Source: a plasmid
Strand: one strand, 5' to 3'
Length of the DNA: 64,000 bases
Sequence record: CP132319.1
Positions 48,595-58,330 of this stretch are shown here, one piece after another. Every line of letters starts with the position of its first letter. Within the stretch, counting starts at the first letter, position 1. Position numbers and translations under genes: made by a program. The notes beneath the pieces were generated by a model. That model did no database searches and was not told the DNA's origin. It saw only the letters and a program-made list of their open reading frames with translations.

Positions 48595-49095
48595 ATGCAG
48601 ATGGAAGAAACCGTAAAGGCTAAGTCGCCGGATGTCCAGGCGCTGAAGCAGAATGAAAAGAAGTGGACGCCGACGATGATGAAGGCCGGCTGGAGCGCCT
48701 TCCCGAACATCATCATCGAGAAGCAGCGGGCTCTGGGCTTGGATGCCATGGACATGAACATCCTGCTGCACCTGGTCCAGTATTGGTGGCTTGAGGAAAA
48801 CGTGCCGCATCCTTCCGTGGCGACCATTGCCGATGCGATCGGCGTGACCCCGCGCGCAATCCAGAAGCGCATCACCGCGCTGCAGGCAGCGGGGCTGATC
48901 ACGCGCGAAGAGCGCCGGCACAGCAAGTTCGGAAGCCAGACGAACCTTTATCGCTTCGATGGCCTGATCAAGGCCTGCCTGCCGTTTGCAGAGGAGAAAA
49001 TCGCCGCAGCGAAGAAGAAGGCGGAAGACGAGAAGGATCGCGTCAAGCGCAAGAAGCCGAAGCTGGTGGTGAACAACGACGCGCCGAGCGTCTAG
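48595..49095 (+). CDS. winged-helix DNA-binding protein with Lys-rich C-terminal tail
   Basis: ...NILLHLVQYWWLEENVPHPSVATIADAIGVTPRAIQKRITALQAAGLITRE... then ...AAKKKAEDEKDRVKRKKPKL. Confidence 0.5.
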   Translation: MQMEETVKAKSPDVQALKQNEKKWTPTMMKAGWSAFPNIIIEKQRALGLDAMDMNILLHLVQYWWLEENVPHPSVATIADAIGVTPRAIQKRITALQAAGLITREERRHSKFGSQTNLYRFDGLIKACLPFAEEKIAAAKKKAEDEKDRVKRKKPKLVVNNDAPSV

Positions 49096-49140
49096 GCGGG
49101 CAGGCCCGCGATCGCAGGAACATGATCAGCCGTCTGCCCC

Positions 49141-49902
49141 ATGGGACAGGCGGTACAGATTGTGTCAGTTTGGAAAAGCAATGCCCCGGGCGCTTGCATG
49201 CAGAGGCGCTACCGGGGCTCACGAGAACAACATGGAATAGATAAGAGAGATTTTCAAGTGGTTTTTCCCTATACGCCCGCAAATATTGCGAACCTGGAGT
49301 CATCCCACTCCCCTGAACGGCTGGCACCGTACTATGCGCTCGCCGGCGGTGACAAGGAGCTGGGGCTCAAGCTGTACGCATGGAACAGTGCCCTGTCGCA
49401 AGCTTTGTACACGCCCTTGCAGGCGCTCGAGGTGACGCTGCGCAACGGCATTGGGAGCCGGCTGCAGGCGACCTATGGCGCGCAGTGGTTTGACCTTAAC
49501 CCAGGCCCCGCCCTGCACTACCCCCTGCCCGACATGCTGTTGAAGGCGCGCACCGAACTCGGCAAGCGCGGCATCATGGCCGAGCATGGACGCATCGTGG
49601 CGGAGTTGACCTGGGGGTTCTGGACCGGCATTCTTGCCAAGCGTTACGAACCCTTATGGCGCTCGGATTTGCGCCATGTATTCCAGTCTGCCGGCCCCCT
49701 CACCCGTAATGCAGTGTTCATGCCGCTGGACGACCTGCGCCGGCTGCGCAACCGCATCGCCCACCACGAGCCGATCTTGAACCGGAACATTGCGGCCGAC
49801 CATGCCGCGATTCTTGACCTGATCCGGCTGATCTCGCCGACGTCGGCCGCCTGGGTCGATGATCAGAGCCAGGTCATGGCCGCGCTGGCAAACCGGCCGT
49901 AG
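49141..49902 (+). CDS. Abi-like (Abi_2 family, AbiD/AbiF-type) abortive-infection protein
   Basis: Conserved ...LRRLRNRIAHHEPI... (R-N-x3-H-H-E, hallmark of Abi_2). The start may be the internal ATG at 49198. Confidence 0.6.
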   Translation: MGQAVQIVSVWKSNAPGACMQRRYRGSREQHGIDKRDFQVVFPYTPANIANLESSHSPERLAPYYALAGGDKELGLKLYAWNSALSQALYTPLQALEVTLRNGIGSRLQATYGAQWFDLNPGPALHYPLPDMLLKARTELGKRGIMAEHGRIVAELTWGFWTGILAKRYEPLWRSDLRHVFQSAGPLTRNAVFMPLDDLRRLRNRIAHHEPILNRNIAADHAAILDLIRLISPTSAAWVDDQSQVMAALANRP

Positions 49903-49972
49903 GTACCTCGTAGGATTTGCAACCTGCGCATTTCAGTGGCAACGGTAGAGTAATCTGGCGCAGGAGGAATGC

Positions 49973-50329
49973 ATGGCGACCGTGGAAGACCTTGAAGAAG
50001 CCCGCCGCGAGCTGGCCAGGTGGAACGAGCGTTTCGACAATTACTCTGGCAACAATCCCAACAAGTACCGATCGGACATAAATGCGGCGCGGCAGCGCGT
50101 GCGGGATCTGGAAGACTACCTAAAGGCGGCGGGCGCCCTCCCCCGCTCCGATCACGAGCAGTTGGAAGCCGAGCTAGACCGCGCCTTTCCGAATGCGAAG
50201 AGCAAGCAAGTCGTCGAACACGAAGGGCGCAAATACATGCGCCGGTTCTGGCCGCTCGGGCGCAGCAACTCCGGGAAGACCGTGACCGGTTGGGGCAAGG
50301 GCTGGGAATTGCTCATGGAAAACGCCTGA
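49973..50329 (+). CDS. hypothetical protein (118 aa)
   Basis: ORF with charged N-terminal helix. No family recognised. Confidence 0.35.
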   Translation: MATVEDLEEARRELARWNERFDNYSGNNPNKYRSDINAARQRVRDLEDYLKAAGALPRSDHEQLEAELDRAFPNAKSKQVVEHEGRKYMRRFWPLGRSNSGKTVTGWGKGWELLMENA

Positions 50330-50448
50330 ATGTCCCCCTAGTGCATATAGTTTTTCGCGGTACTGCATTTCCTATCAGCGCAGGAGCGTCTAGTTCACGA
50401 TGAAGGAAGTGGAGCGCTCGCCATTCTAGCAGCCGCCCTTAGATTGCG

Positions 50449-50892
50449 CTATTTCTGCGGAGTGCAAATTAGAGGTCTTAACTCTTGCAGGGTGACTCCC
50501 GACTTCGGTGAGGACAATACACCAATCCAGTTGTCGGAAAATGTGCCCGCCGCATCGGCCGGTGAAAGCCAGATGACCTCATTGGTGTCGAGTTCGATTT
50601 TCACCTCGCTGCCGATAGGGCTGCCAGCGACGGTCTGCACATAGTGGCGCCTGATCGACTGGGTCTTTCCTTCTGGATCGACCACCTGGTTCTCGCGATA
50701 GGCTATCTGGATCTTGCCGCCCTGCCCGCTCGACACGCAATCGGTCGACCGCTCGCAGCGAATGACCGAGGAAAATGTGCAGGACCAGGTGAAGCCGCTT
50801 CGCCACATGGGATTATCAGCAGCCCATGCGGAAGGCGCCGTCAGCAGCAGCGCCGAGATCAGCCGATACTTCAAAATTCGCCATCCCCTCAA
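50449..50892 (-). CDS. secreted hypothetical protein (signal peptide, 147 aa)
   Basis: LISALLLTAPSAWAADN signal peptide. Confidence 0.45.
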   Translation of the reverse strand: MRGWRILKYRLISALLLTAPSAWAADNPMWRSGFTWSCTFSSVIRCERSTDCVSSGQGGKIQIAYRENQVVDPEGKTQSIRRHYVQTVAGSPIGSEVKIELDTNEVIWLSPADAAGTFSDNWIGVLSSPKSGVTLQELRPLICTPQK

Positions 50893-51004
50893 TTGGCTCG
50901 AACGTCAGGTTCGGCCGTGAACATGCAGGGATGACGATAAAATATAATTTTCGTTATGCGCAACGGAATCGTCGCGATGTCCGAAGTGAACGTATCCACA
51001 AAAC

Positions 51005-51271
51005 TCAACTGTCGTCCGATTTCATACCAAGCATTAGGTCTTGCAGAGGCACCTTCAGATTGGTGCTGATCCGCGTAATGACCTGAAGGGACGGGTTCGC
51101 CGTGGCGTCGAGAATCCTGAAATAGTAAGGCGTGGTAATCTCGCAAAGCTTCACCAGCTCCTTTTTCGTCAGGCCGCGCTTCTCCCGCTCACGCTCCATG
51201 ACGATCGCCATGTTTCGCAGGATCATCGTCCCAAGGTCTGTATCGGCCTTCTTGCGTTTACTCGGTGCCAT
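51005..51271 (-). CDS. XRE-family HTH repressor
   Basis: ...LTKKELVKLCEITTPYYFRILDATANPSLQVITRIS... HTH. A perfect palindrome lies 5 bp upstream of the start. Confidence 0.65.
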   Translation of the reverse strand: MAPSKRKKADTDLGTMILRNMAIVMEREREKRGLTKKELVKLCEITTPYYFRILDATANPSLQVITRISTNLKVPLQDLMLGMKSDDS

Positions 51272-51275
51272 AGGA

Positions 51276-51289
51276 TAAACTATAGTTTA
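51276..51289. promoter_or_regulatory. perfect 14-bp palindrome TAAACTATAGTTTA (candidate operator) between divergent genes
   Basis: Seen directly. Related copies at 18573, 11021, 11785 and 20171. Confidence 0.55.
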
Positions 51290-51296
51290 CTCGTTC

Positions 51297-51830
51297 GTGT
51301 TTTTGATGAGAGAGTTGCCAATGTCAGCCAAAGCCCCGCCTGCCAACGTCATCGCCGGAATCCTGCTGGCGGCCGTCGTGCTGCCCACGCCCGCTACAGC
51401 GAGCGAATGGGGCTGTGAGGTTCTGTTGTGTGCTTCGTCTTCCAACCCGTCCTGGAGGGGTGTACCGGCTTGCCATCCGCCGATGAACCGGCTGATCTCC
51501 GCGATGAAGAAACCGGGCTTCGACTGGCCGACCTGCCCGGAAGGCGGAACGGGAGAGCCGGGCTATCAGAGATATGCGGAGTGCCCGGAGGGCTATCAGG
51601 TCGGGAGCAGCAGGGACCGCAACGGCTTCGCCAGGGAAGGCGATCTGTGCGTCAAGACAGTCAACGTTTGCCAGGGCAATACGCACGGTCTCTATAACTC
51701 TGATCGGCAGCGGAGCTGCATACAAACGGTCTCCACGTCTCGACCGCTCAGGTCGGAGCCTTACTTCTTCGACATCAAGAATGACACTTCTGGCCAAACC
51801 GAGCGGCATTGGTTCGAGTTGCACAAATAA
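51297..51830 (+). CDS. secreted Cys-rich hypothetical protein
   Basis: Signal peptide ...VIAGILLAAVVLPTPATASE, then 10 Cys. Confidence 0.45.
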   Translation: MFLMRELPMSAKAPPANVIAGILLAAVVLPTPATASEWGCEVLLCASSSNPSWRGVPACHPPMNRLISAMKKPGFDWPTCPEGGTGEPGYQRYAECPEGYQVGSSRDRNGFAREGDLCVKTVNVCQGNTHGLYNSDRQRSCIQTVSTSRPLRSEPYFFDIKNDTSGQTERHWFELHK

Positions 51831-51863
51831 CCGGATTTCAGCGGTTAAGGAAGGTTTAAATCC

Positions 51864-52181
51864 ATGCGGACTGTCAACCGTCACACCCTGCTCGGCCACG
51901 TCGGAAACATCATAAAGCTCAAGAATGTGCTAAAGGTGAACATCGCCACCAATCGCGAATGGCAGGCCGACGGCGATCGGAAAACCGCCACCGACTGGGC
52001 ACAGGTGACGATCCTCGACAAGAAGCAGGCCGAGTGGATCGAAGAAAATGTCGGGCCGGGCGATCTCGTCTATGTCGAGTCCCGGATCTCGAATTCCAGC
52101 TACGAACGCGATGGGGAACAGATTTATGCCTCCGACGTCATCGCGCAGCTCTTCAATCTCGTCTCGAAGAAGCCATCCTGA
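51864..52181 (+). CDS. ssb: single-stranded DNA-binding protein (plasmid SSB)
   Basis: 105 aa OB-fold: NRHTLLGHVGN...REWQADGDRKTATDWAQVTILD.... Confidence 0.75.
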   Translation: MRTVNRHTLLGHVGNIIKLKNVLKVNIATNREWQADGDRKTATDWAQVTILDKKQAEWIEENVGPGDLVYVESRISNSSYERDGEQIYASDVIAQLFNLVSKKPS

Positions 52182-52193
52182 CAAAAGGCCATT

Positions 52194-52611
52194 GGCCACC
52201 GCCCGTTCCGGTCGGCCGCGCTCTATGCGAAGCACGAAGCCAGCCTTCGGCCGTCTCCGCCGATCCCGGTGACGATCGCTTGTCCAGTCGGTGGCTATGC
52301 CCCCGGCACTGGGGCCCGACCGGGCCGCATCTCTGTTTCCGCCCCATGACAGCGCCGGCCGTTCGGATCAAGGGGCAGGCGCGGCACAGCCGCTTGTCGC
52401 GCCGGCAAAAAAACGGCTTTCCGCCTGCGGCCGAACCTTCCGTTTTTTCCCGTCACGACCCCTTGACCCGCCCGGCCGTCGCCGCAGGGCGGGCTTTCGC
52501 CCTCCCCGCTCCGTCCGGGGGAATGTCAGAGGCCATTCCCCCGGAAAGACCGGGGAGGCTTCGCCCAAGGGGGCTTCCCCTTCGGGAAACGGGAAACCAA
52601 GGAGACAGACA
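52194..52611 (+). repeat. copy A of a ~420-bp structured non-coding repeat ending at the start codon of the DUF932 gene
   Basis: About 95% identical to 55625-56049 and 59492-59912. The three copies differ by 1-bp and 7-bp indels. Contains hairpins (e.g. GGGGGAATG-N8-CATTCCCCC) and the SD AAGGAG. Confidence 0.85.
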
Positions 52612-53460
52612 ATGAGCATCTACACCGAGACCGCCCGTTTCGACACCGGCCGCGCCCTGACCGAAACCGAAATGCGCCGCATCGCGCCGTCGATCTTTGC
52701 CGTGACCGCCCATGAGAGCCGGTCCGAGCGTTTCAAACCCATCCCGACCATCGAGGTGTTGCGCGGCCTCATGAACGAGGGTTTCATGCCGGTCGGCGCC
52801 AAGCAGTCCCGCAGCCGCACTGAAGGCAAGGCCGATTTCACCAAGCACCTCATTCGCATGCGCCGCGTCGATGACCGCAAGGTCTATAATGTCGGCGATA
52901 CCGTCTGCGAAATCCTCCTCAAAAACGCCAATGACGGAACCAGCGCCTACGAACTGATGGCCGGGCTCTTCCGCGTCCGCTGCCTCAATTCCTTGGTGAC
53001 GCAGACCGGCACCATCGACGCCATCAAGGTCCGCCATTCGGGCGACGTACAGCACAAGGTCATCGAGGGAACCTATCGCGTTCTCGGCGAGGCCGAACGC
53101 ACCCTTGCCGCTCCGCAGGATTGGTCGACCATGCGCATGAACCCCGAGGAAGCGAGAATTCTGGCGGATGCCGCCTATGTTCTCCGCTTCGGAGATAGCG
53201 AAGGCGAGACGGCCACGCCGATCAAGCCGGAGCAGTTGCTAATCCCGCGTCGCCATGACGACCGCGCAAACGATCTCTGGACGACGTGGAACGTGGTTCA
53301 GGAAAACGCCATCAAGGGCGGTTTGCGTGGCGTCGGCCGCGACGATCTCGGCAGGCCGCGCCGCGTCAAGTCCCGCGCTGTCAATGGTATCGATCAGGAT
53401 ATCAAGCTCAACAAGGCCCTGTGGCTGCTGGGAGAAAGGATGGCTGCGCTGAAGTCGTGA
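52612..53460 (+). CDS. DUF932 domain protein (plasmid leading-region family)
   Basis: MSIYTETARFDTGRALTETEMRRIAPSIFAVTAHESRSERFKPIPTIEVL.... Confidence 0.6.
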   Translation: MSIYTETARFDTGRALTETEMRRIAPSIFAVTAHESRSERFKPIPTIEVLRGLMNEGFMPVGAKQSRSRTEGKADFTKHLIRMRRVDDRKVYNVGDTVCEILLKNANDGTSAYELMAGLFRVRCLNSLVTQTGTIDAIKVRHSGDVQHKVIEGTYRVLGEAERTLAAPQDWSTMRMNPEEARILADAAYVLRFGDSEGETATPIKPEQLLIPRRHDDRANDLWTTWNVVQENAIKGGLRGVGRDDLGRPRRVKSRAVNGIDQDIKLNKALWLLGERMAALKS

Positions 53461-53560
53461 GCATCACATTTATTGTTCCCGCAGGGACGCCTGGCCGTAA
53501 GGTCGGACGTCCCTTTGCATTTGCGGAACCGCGAGCTCGACCAGATCCGGTGGCCGTGTG

Positions 53561-53645
53561 CCTGCCCCTCACCGCATCGAGCGGCGCGGTCCAGGTCGAG
53601 GGGCGCCCCAAAGCCCCGCCCCTCGAACTCCCTTCCCGCCCATAG
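53561..53645. repeat. GC-rich ~85-bp repeat (second copy at 58652-58736) with a GGGGCGCCCC self-complementary core
   Basis: Shared ...CCGCATCGAGCGGCGCGG...GAGGGG(C/T)GCCCC.AAGCCCC.CCCCTCGAAC.CCC..CCCGCCCA. Confidence 0.6.
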
Positions 53646-53648
53646 CTA

Positions 53649-54644
53649 TTAGGATTTCGAGGACAAACCGTCCTGATCGCCCGCCTTGTCGAGCTGGTCG
53701 CGAATATAGGCGTCGATGTAGTCGAAGACTTCGACCGCGCCAGCATCCGTCTCAATCAGGTCGATCGGCCGCCGACCGCCGAGATGGGCGTTAGCTTGGC
53801 GCGCCCATTTCAGGATTTCGCCATCGGTGCGCAGCACCGGGCGGGCCATGTCCAGCATTGTCGCGAGATGGTGCGGCTTCGCATACCATGAATGCGGCTT
53901 TATGCTCGCACGGCGTCGGCCAGGGACGACATCCGGCAGTTGCGACGCGCGCAGTTCGTCCTCCGTGATATGCCGCCGGACCCAATGGGCCAGCTTTGCC
54001 AGCGAGACATTGGCTTCCCGCTCGAGGTCGCCACCAGCGCCAACCTTGCGGGTCGGTATAACCAGGCCGCGGACAATTTGCGGGCAACGCGCCTCCAGCA
54101 TTTCCAGGGCCGGCGCAAGGTCCGTATCGTTGGTGACGAGCACCACCTGGTCGATCTCTCCGCTCAGGGCGTCATCATAAAGCTGGAGCGCCAGATTCAC
54201 ATCCGACTGCTTCTCCTCCAGCTTCCAGACCTGGATCTTGTCGCAATCGCGCGGCCACCGTTTCGGGTCGTCGGCTGGAACAATATGCTGGTTGGCCTTG
54301 TAGAGGGAATAGTGACCCATCACGAAAGAAAGCCGGCCGCCGCAATGCGACGTCAGCGCATTGTGATAGTGGGCCTGCGACGAGACCGAATCCTCGCCCT
54401 TGGAAGCACTCTCGATGATCTTGGCGGTGAAATACTTGATCGCGCAGTCCGGATGCAGGGCCATTGTTGCCGGATCGGCTTCCGGCGCCGCGCGATAGAG
54501 GATTGTCGGCAGAATTTGCGTCTCGAACAGGCCCAGGACGTCAAGCCATTTGAACGCCGTCTTGCGCAGGCAGCCGTAATAAAGATTGTAGCCGTCGATA
54601 TAGACGCGTGTTCTTAACGCCGGCACTCCTTGCCCCCAAGACAT
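53649..54644 (-). CDS. NYN/PIN-like nuclease domain protein
   Basis: ...RVYIDGYNLYYG..., ...SDVNLALQLYDDA..., ...VVLVTNDTDLAPALE... (NYN acidic residues). 331 aa with an uncharacterised C-terminal half. Confidence 0.6.
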   Translation of the reverse strand: MSWGQGVPALRTRVYIDGYNLYYGCLRKTAFKWLDVLGLFETQILPTILYRAAPEADPATMALHPDCAIKYFTAKIIESASKGEDSVSSQAHYHNALTSHCGGRLSFVMGHYSLYKANQHIVPADDPKRWPRDCDKIQVWKLEEKQSDVNLALQLYDDALSGEIDQVVLVTNDTDLAPALEMLEARCPQIVRGLVIPTRKVGAGGDLEREANVSLAKLAHWVRRHITEDELRASQLPDVVPGRRRASIKPHSWYAKPHHLATMLDMARPVLRTDGEILKWARQANAHLGGRRPIDLIETDAGAVEVFDYIDAYIRDQLDKAGDQDGLSSKS

Positions 54645-54671
54645 AAAAAAACCGGCTTGCGCCGGCTTTTT
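54645..54671. terminator. bidirectional intrinsic terminator-like hairpin (A7-CCGGC-TTGC-GCCGG-CT5)
   Basis: Seen in sequence immediately upstream of the NYN gene start. Confidence 0.45.
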
Positions 54672-55237
54672 CCCCCAACCGCCCGGAGCCCATGTCTCTC
54701 AGGATGCTGGGTTAGTTGTTAGCTCTCAACATAGTGTCATGGGCCTCGCTCGTCAACCGGTTCTGACCGTCGCCCATGCGTTTGAACCAGCGATTTCGCC
54801 GTAATTTCTCGTAAAATAGGCATTTTACAATCAATCTGCAAGCAGTCACCAACTGCCCTGGTCACGGTCGAGAGCCGGAGAATAGGTCAGCGGCGGTTGC
54901 GGTCCGTCCGGATGCCGTTGAGCGGGCGTAATCTTACGCTCTATCTTTTGGAGCCTCGACCATGCGTCTTGAAGTGCTCGTAGCCGGCCTGATCATGGCC
55001 TTGATCGCCCACAACTGCAAATGCCGAAATCGCGGCGTCTTGTTCAAACGCGGCGAGACATCCTGCCTTCGTGTCGACGGCGGCTCCTATCTCGCGCGCT
55101 GCGAGATGAAGCTGAACGTCTCGTCCTGGACCAGGATTCAGGATGGTTGCCCATTGACCAAACGGGTGCTGCCGAGAACGACGCTCGTCAACTAATCGCT
55201 GCACCAGGCGGCGTCGGATGCGTTGTGTAGGGCGAAA

Positions 55238-55540
55238 CTAGCCCTCACCGATCGTCTCGATGACCGCGTGGTCCTTGACGATGGCGGCAAAACCATCGTT
55301 CAGCAAAGCCATGACCGCCGCGGCCGTCATCGGGACGGTTTCGATCCTTTCCAGGCAAAGCGGGCTATCGTTGGGATCGCGACCGGCGAGCAGATCAGCA
55401 CGCAATTCCAGCAACGCCTGTTTCGCCATGTCCCTGTCATCGTAGAAATAGGGCGGTACGGAAGGGTCGTCCCAGCAATGTTCACCAGGGCGCGATTTGC
55501 CGGTCACGGTATAGAGGATAAGGGTTGGCGCGGTCTCCAT
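55238..55540 (-). CDS. hypothetical protein (100 aa)
   Basis: ORF only. Confidence 0.35.
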   Translation of the reverse strand: METAPTLILYTVTGKSRPGEHCWDDPSVPPYFYDDRDMAKQALLELRADLLAGRDPNDSPLCLERIETVPMTAAAVMALLNDGFAAIVKDHAVIETIGEG

Positions 55541-55624
55541 TGCAGTCCTCCTTCAGGGTGAATCCCTGTCGTATCGGAGCCTAGCTGCAGGATCGTCGCC
55601 GGCAACTCGCAGAAATGCTAGTTG

Positions 55625-56049
55625 GGCCACCGCCCGTTCCGGTCGGCCGCGCTCTATGCGAAGCACGGAGCCAGCCTGCGGCCGTCTCCGCCGATCCCGG
55701 TGACGATCGCTTGTCCGGTCGGTGGCTATGCCCCCGGCACTGAGGCCCGTCGCCGGGCCGCATTTCTGTTTCCGCCCCATGACAGCGCCGGCCGTTCGGA
55801 TCAAGGGGCAGGCGCGGCACAGCCGCTTGCCGCTTGTCGCGCCGGCAAAAAAACGGCTTTCCGCCTGCGGCCGAACCTTCCGTTTTTTCCCCGTCACGAC
55901 CCCTTGACCCGACCGGCCGTCGCCGCAGGGCGGGCTTTCGCCCTCCCGCTCCGTCCGGGGGAATGTCAGAGGCCATTCCCCCGGAAAGACCGGGGAGGCT
56001 TCGCCCAAGGGGGCTCCCCTTCGGGAAACGTAAACTCAGGAGACAGACC
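55625..56049 (+). repeat. copy B of the ~420-bp structured repeat, ending at the DUF736 start codon
   Basis: See copy A. Has a 7-bp insertion (CCGCTTG) relative to A and C. Confidence 0.85.
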
Positions 56050-56370
56050 ATGACCGAACTCGCAAACTTCATCCGCATCAACGAAGACAACACGATCAGC
56101 GGCAACATTGCCTCGATCTCTTACGACCTCGATATCACCGGCGAGGCCTTCACCAGCACCAACGCAAAAGCGCCGGTCTACCGCCTTTTTGCCAAGTCCC
56201 CGCGTGGTCGGCGCATCGAAGTCGGCGGCATCTGGCAGAAGAAGAACCAGACCGGCGGCGACTATCTCAGCCTCTCCGTGAACACCGGCCATGGGCGGCT
56301 CAATGCAAATCTTGGCCGCTTTCCCGGTCAGGACGACGAAGACCTGATGGCGGTGATTCCGTGGGACTGA
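56050..56370 (+). CDS. DUF736 domain protein
   Basis: 106 aa: MTELANFIRINEDNTISGNIASISYDLDITGEAF...GGIWQKKNQTGGDYLSLSVN.... Confidence 0.55.
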   Translation: MTELANFIRINEDNTISGNIASISYDLDITGEAFTSTNAKAPVYRLFAKSPRGRRIEVGGIWQKKNQTGGDYLSLSVNTGHGRLNANLGRFPGQDDEDLMAVIPWD

Positions 56371-56458
56371 TGGCGCGACCGAAACACCTGATGACCGAGG
56401 GGGATCGTTCCCTTCGGCGTACTCGGAAACCTTCGACGACGATTTCAAGGATATCATC

Positions 56459-57248
56459 ATGGATGCCCCCAACATCGACACGCTCGGCGTTGCGCTGGTG
56501 GAGAAGGGCTTCGCGCCCAACCTCGCCCTTCTCGACATCAACAATTCCCTGTCGGTCCCGCAAAGTTTCGACATGCCAGCGCCGTGGAGCCTGCCGTCGC
56601 GCATGTTCCGCTTTCCAATCGAGGTTTGCCGCCCCGATGACGATCAGCCGCGCACCCTCGGCCTTCGCCATCCCCTCTTGGCCGATCATCCCTACGTTCG
56701 GCATGTTGAGACCCGGCTGGGTTTCGAGATCGCGCGCAGCGGCGCGCCGAACCGTCACGGCTATTCCACTGCGCCGACCGCCCGCTGGTGGCATGCAGTC
56801 GATCTGGTCATGGCGGGGAAATGGCGCGAATTGCTGGAAACGCGAGAATTTACCGAGCGGGACTGCATCATGCGGGCCGTCGCCTTCGGATGCCGCTATT
56901 CCCATCACGAGGACAAGAAGGCATCCGACTATCTCTCCGTCCCAGACGCCCGAAAGGTCATGGATGCAGTCGGTTCGAAAGAACCCGGCGAACGCAGCGC
57001 GACGATCCGCACCTTCTCGGCCCCGAGCCTTTGCCGTCAGGAAAAGCGCGGAGCATTGGCCGATCAATACCGGCCGCCTGTCGGCCGAGGCCGTGGCATG
57101 GGGAATGATTTTCGGCATTGAGGATGGCTGGTTTCGCCATGACCGCGCCGGTTTCCTTCAATGGTCCGAGCTGGGGCGCGAGCGCTATGCAGCAGGCGAT
57201 AGCGCCTCATATGTGCAGGCAAGCGGTCAAGCCGCCTTCGCCTTCTAG
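56459..57248 (+). pseudogene. hypothetical protein with an apparent frameshift (frame of 56459-57121 switching to the frame ending at 57248 near 57040-57120)
   Basis: Frame 2 codes a plausible protein to 57121. The distal part of ORF 56361-57248 (..MIFGIEDGWFRHDRAGFLQWSELGRERYAAG..) also looks coding, while its proximal part is R/S/P-rich nonsense. Confidence 0.35.
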
Positions 57249-57279
57249 GCACTGGTCCAAGCGAGAAAGGAAAACCCCC

Positions 57280-57465
57280 ATGGGTAAGCAGACCGTTACC
57301 ATTATCCAGACATTCCGCACCGAACGCCGGATCACCGTGGAGGTCAATGCGGAAGATCACGAAAGCGTCATCGAGAAATTCGAGAGTGGCAGCGCCGAGG
57401 TTCCTGTCTTTGACGATCCGAGGTGGAAAACCGAATGGAATTTGCAAAGCGAGGATTACGAATGA
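57280..57465 (+). CDS. small hypothetical protein (61 aa)
   Basis: MGKQTVTIIQTFRTERRITVEVNAEDHESVIEKFESG.... ATGA-coupled to the next ORF. Confidence 0.4.
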   Translation: MGKQTVTIIQTFRTERRITVEVNAEDHESVIEKFESGSAEVPVFDDPRWKTEWNLQSEDYE

Positions 57466-57770
57466 GCCGCTATACGATCACCCTCCTGAAAGGCGAGAGA
57501 ACGGACGACGAGGCTGTCATCGGATTCGACCCGCCGTTGCGCACCTTTTTCCTTCAGGGCTTCGACACGGACGACGATTTCGGCTCGCCGGAAATCTGGC
57601 TCGGCACGCTCTTGGAGGAATTCCCGACCTTGGAAGGGGTCATCGAGGCGGCGCGCCGGCAAGGCTACGTGGTTCGCGGCCTTGAGCGCGCCGACATGAT
57701 TGCGCTTTTGGCGGAGGCGGGTCACGACTATGAGCCTTCCATCGCCGAGAAACTTGGTTTCATCCTGTAG
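57462..57770 (+). CDS. hypothetical protein (102 aa)
   Basis: MSRYTITLLKGERTDDEAVIGFDPPLRTFFLQGFDTDDDFGSPEIWLG.... Confidence 0.4.
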   Translation: MSRYTITLLKGERTDDEAVIGFDPPLRTFFLQGFDTDDDFGSPEIWLGTLLEEFPTLEGVIEAARRQGYVVRGLERADMIALLAEAGHDYEPSIAEKLGFIL

Positions 57771-58192
57771 TTCCCCTCTGCCCCGCCATCATCTCGGAGG
57801 GGCAGGACCGCTTTTGACCGATGGCGCCCGCATCGAGCGGGCGCGCATCGGTTGGGGGAGCCCTCGCCCCTCCCCTCGCTCTCCCCTTCCCGCCCAAGCC
57901 TCGCAAATCGGCCATGCCTGGCTAGATGCGGGGGTTCCGGATTCTGGTACAGGGCTAGCTAGAGTCGATTGCGCCTCTCGGCGGACCGCGCAGCTACATG
58001 AGTTTAAGCGGACGGGCCGAATCTTAAAAATAGATTCGTTTTGACCCAAAGACTTACGCTATCCGGTCTAGACCGATTTGCGGCGCCGAGCGCGCACACC
58101 CCCTTGGCGAGCCTCTGTGGTGTGATATTTTGCGCAGCAAGCAGTCCGGTTCTTTCACGTTTTCTTTTGGTGAAAGGACCAACACGATGAAG

Positions 58193-58330
58193 CCCCTCAA
58201 CAAGCTCAATCTCGAAGTCGTCGGCATCAGCGTTGGTGCTGAGGGCTACTTCGCCATCTCCGCCGTTCTCTTGACCTTTCTTTTGGCAGCGGCGGGCTTT
58301 TTGGCGGGCCGTAAGCTTGGCTGGTGGTGA
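58193..58330 (+). CDS. small membrane protein (46 aa), paralogue of the 38833-38958 product; possible type-I-toxin-like peptide
   Basis: MKPLNKLNLEVVGISVGAEGYFAISAVLLTFLLAAAGFLAGRKLGWW with AAAGGA 8 nt upstream. Confidence 0.35.
   Translation, partial: PLNKLNLEVVGISVGAEGYFAISAVLLTFLLAAAGFLAGRKLGWW

Noticed and set aside
52291-52611. N-terminal extension of the DUF932 ORF (and 55834-56049, 59589-59912) running through the 420-bp repeat
   Set aside because: The three repeat copies differ by 1-bp and 7-bp indels, so the frames are not conserved. Each has a canonical SD+ATG at its 3' end. Treated as non-coding leader, not protein.
56361-57060. Proximal part of 295-aa ORF 56361-57248
   Set aside because: Arg/Ser/Pro-rich low-complexity translation. 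The overlapping frame (56459-57121) looks protein-like. Only the distal 50 codons of this frame appear coding (frameshift interpretation).
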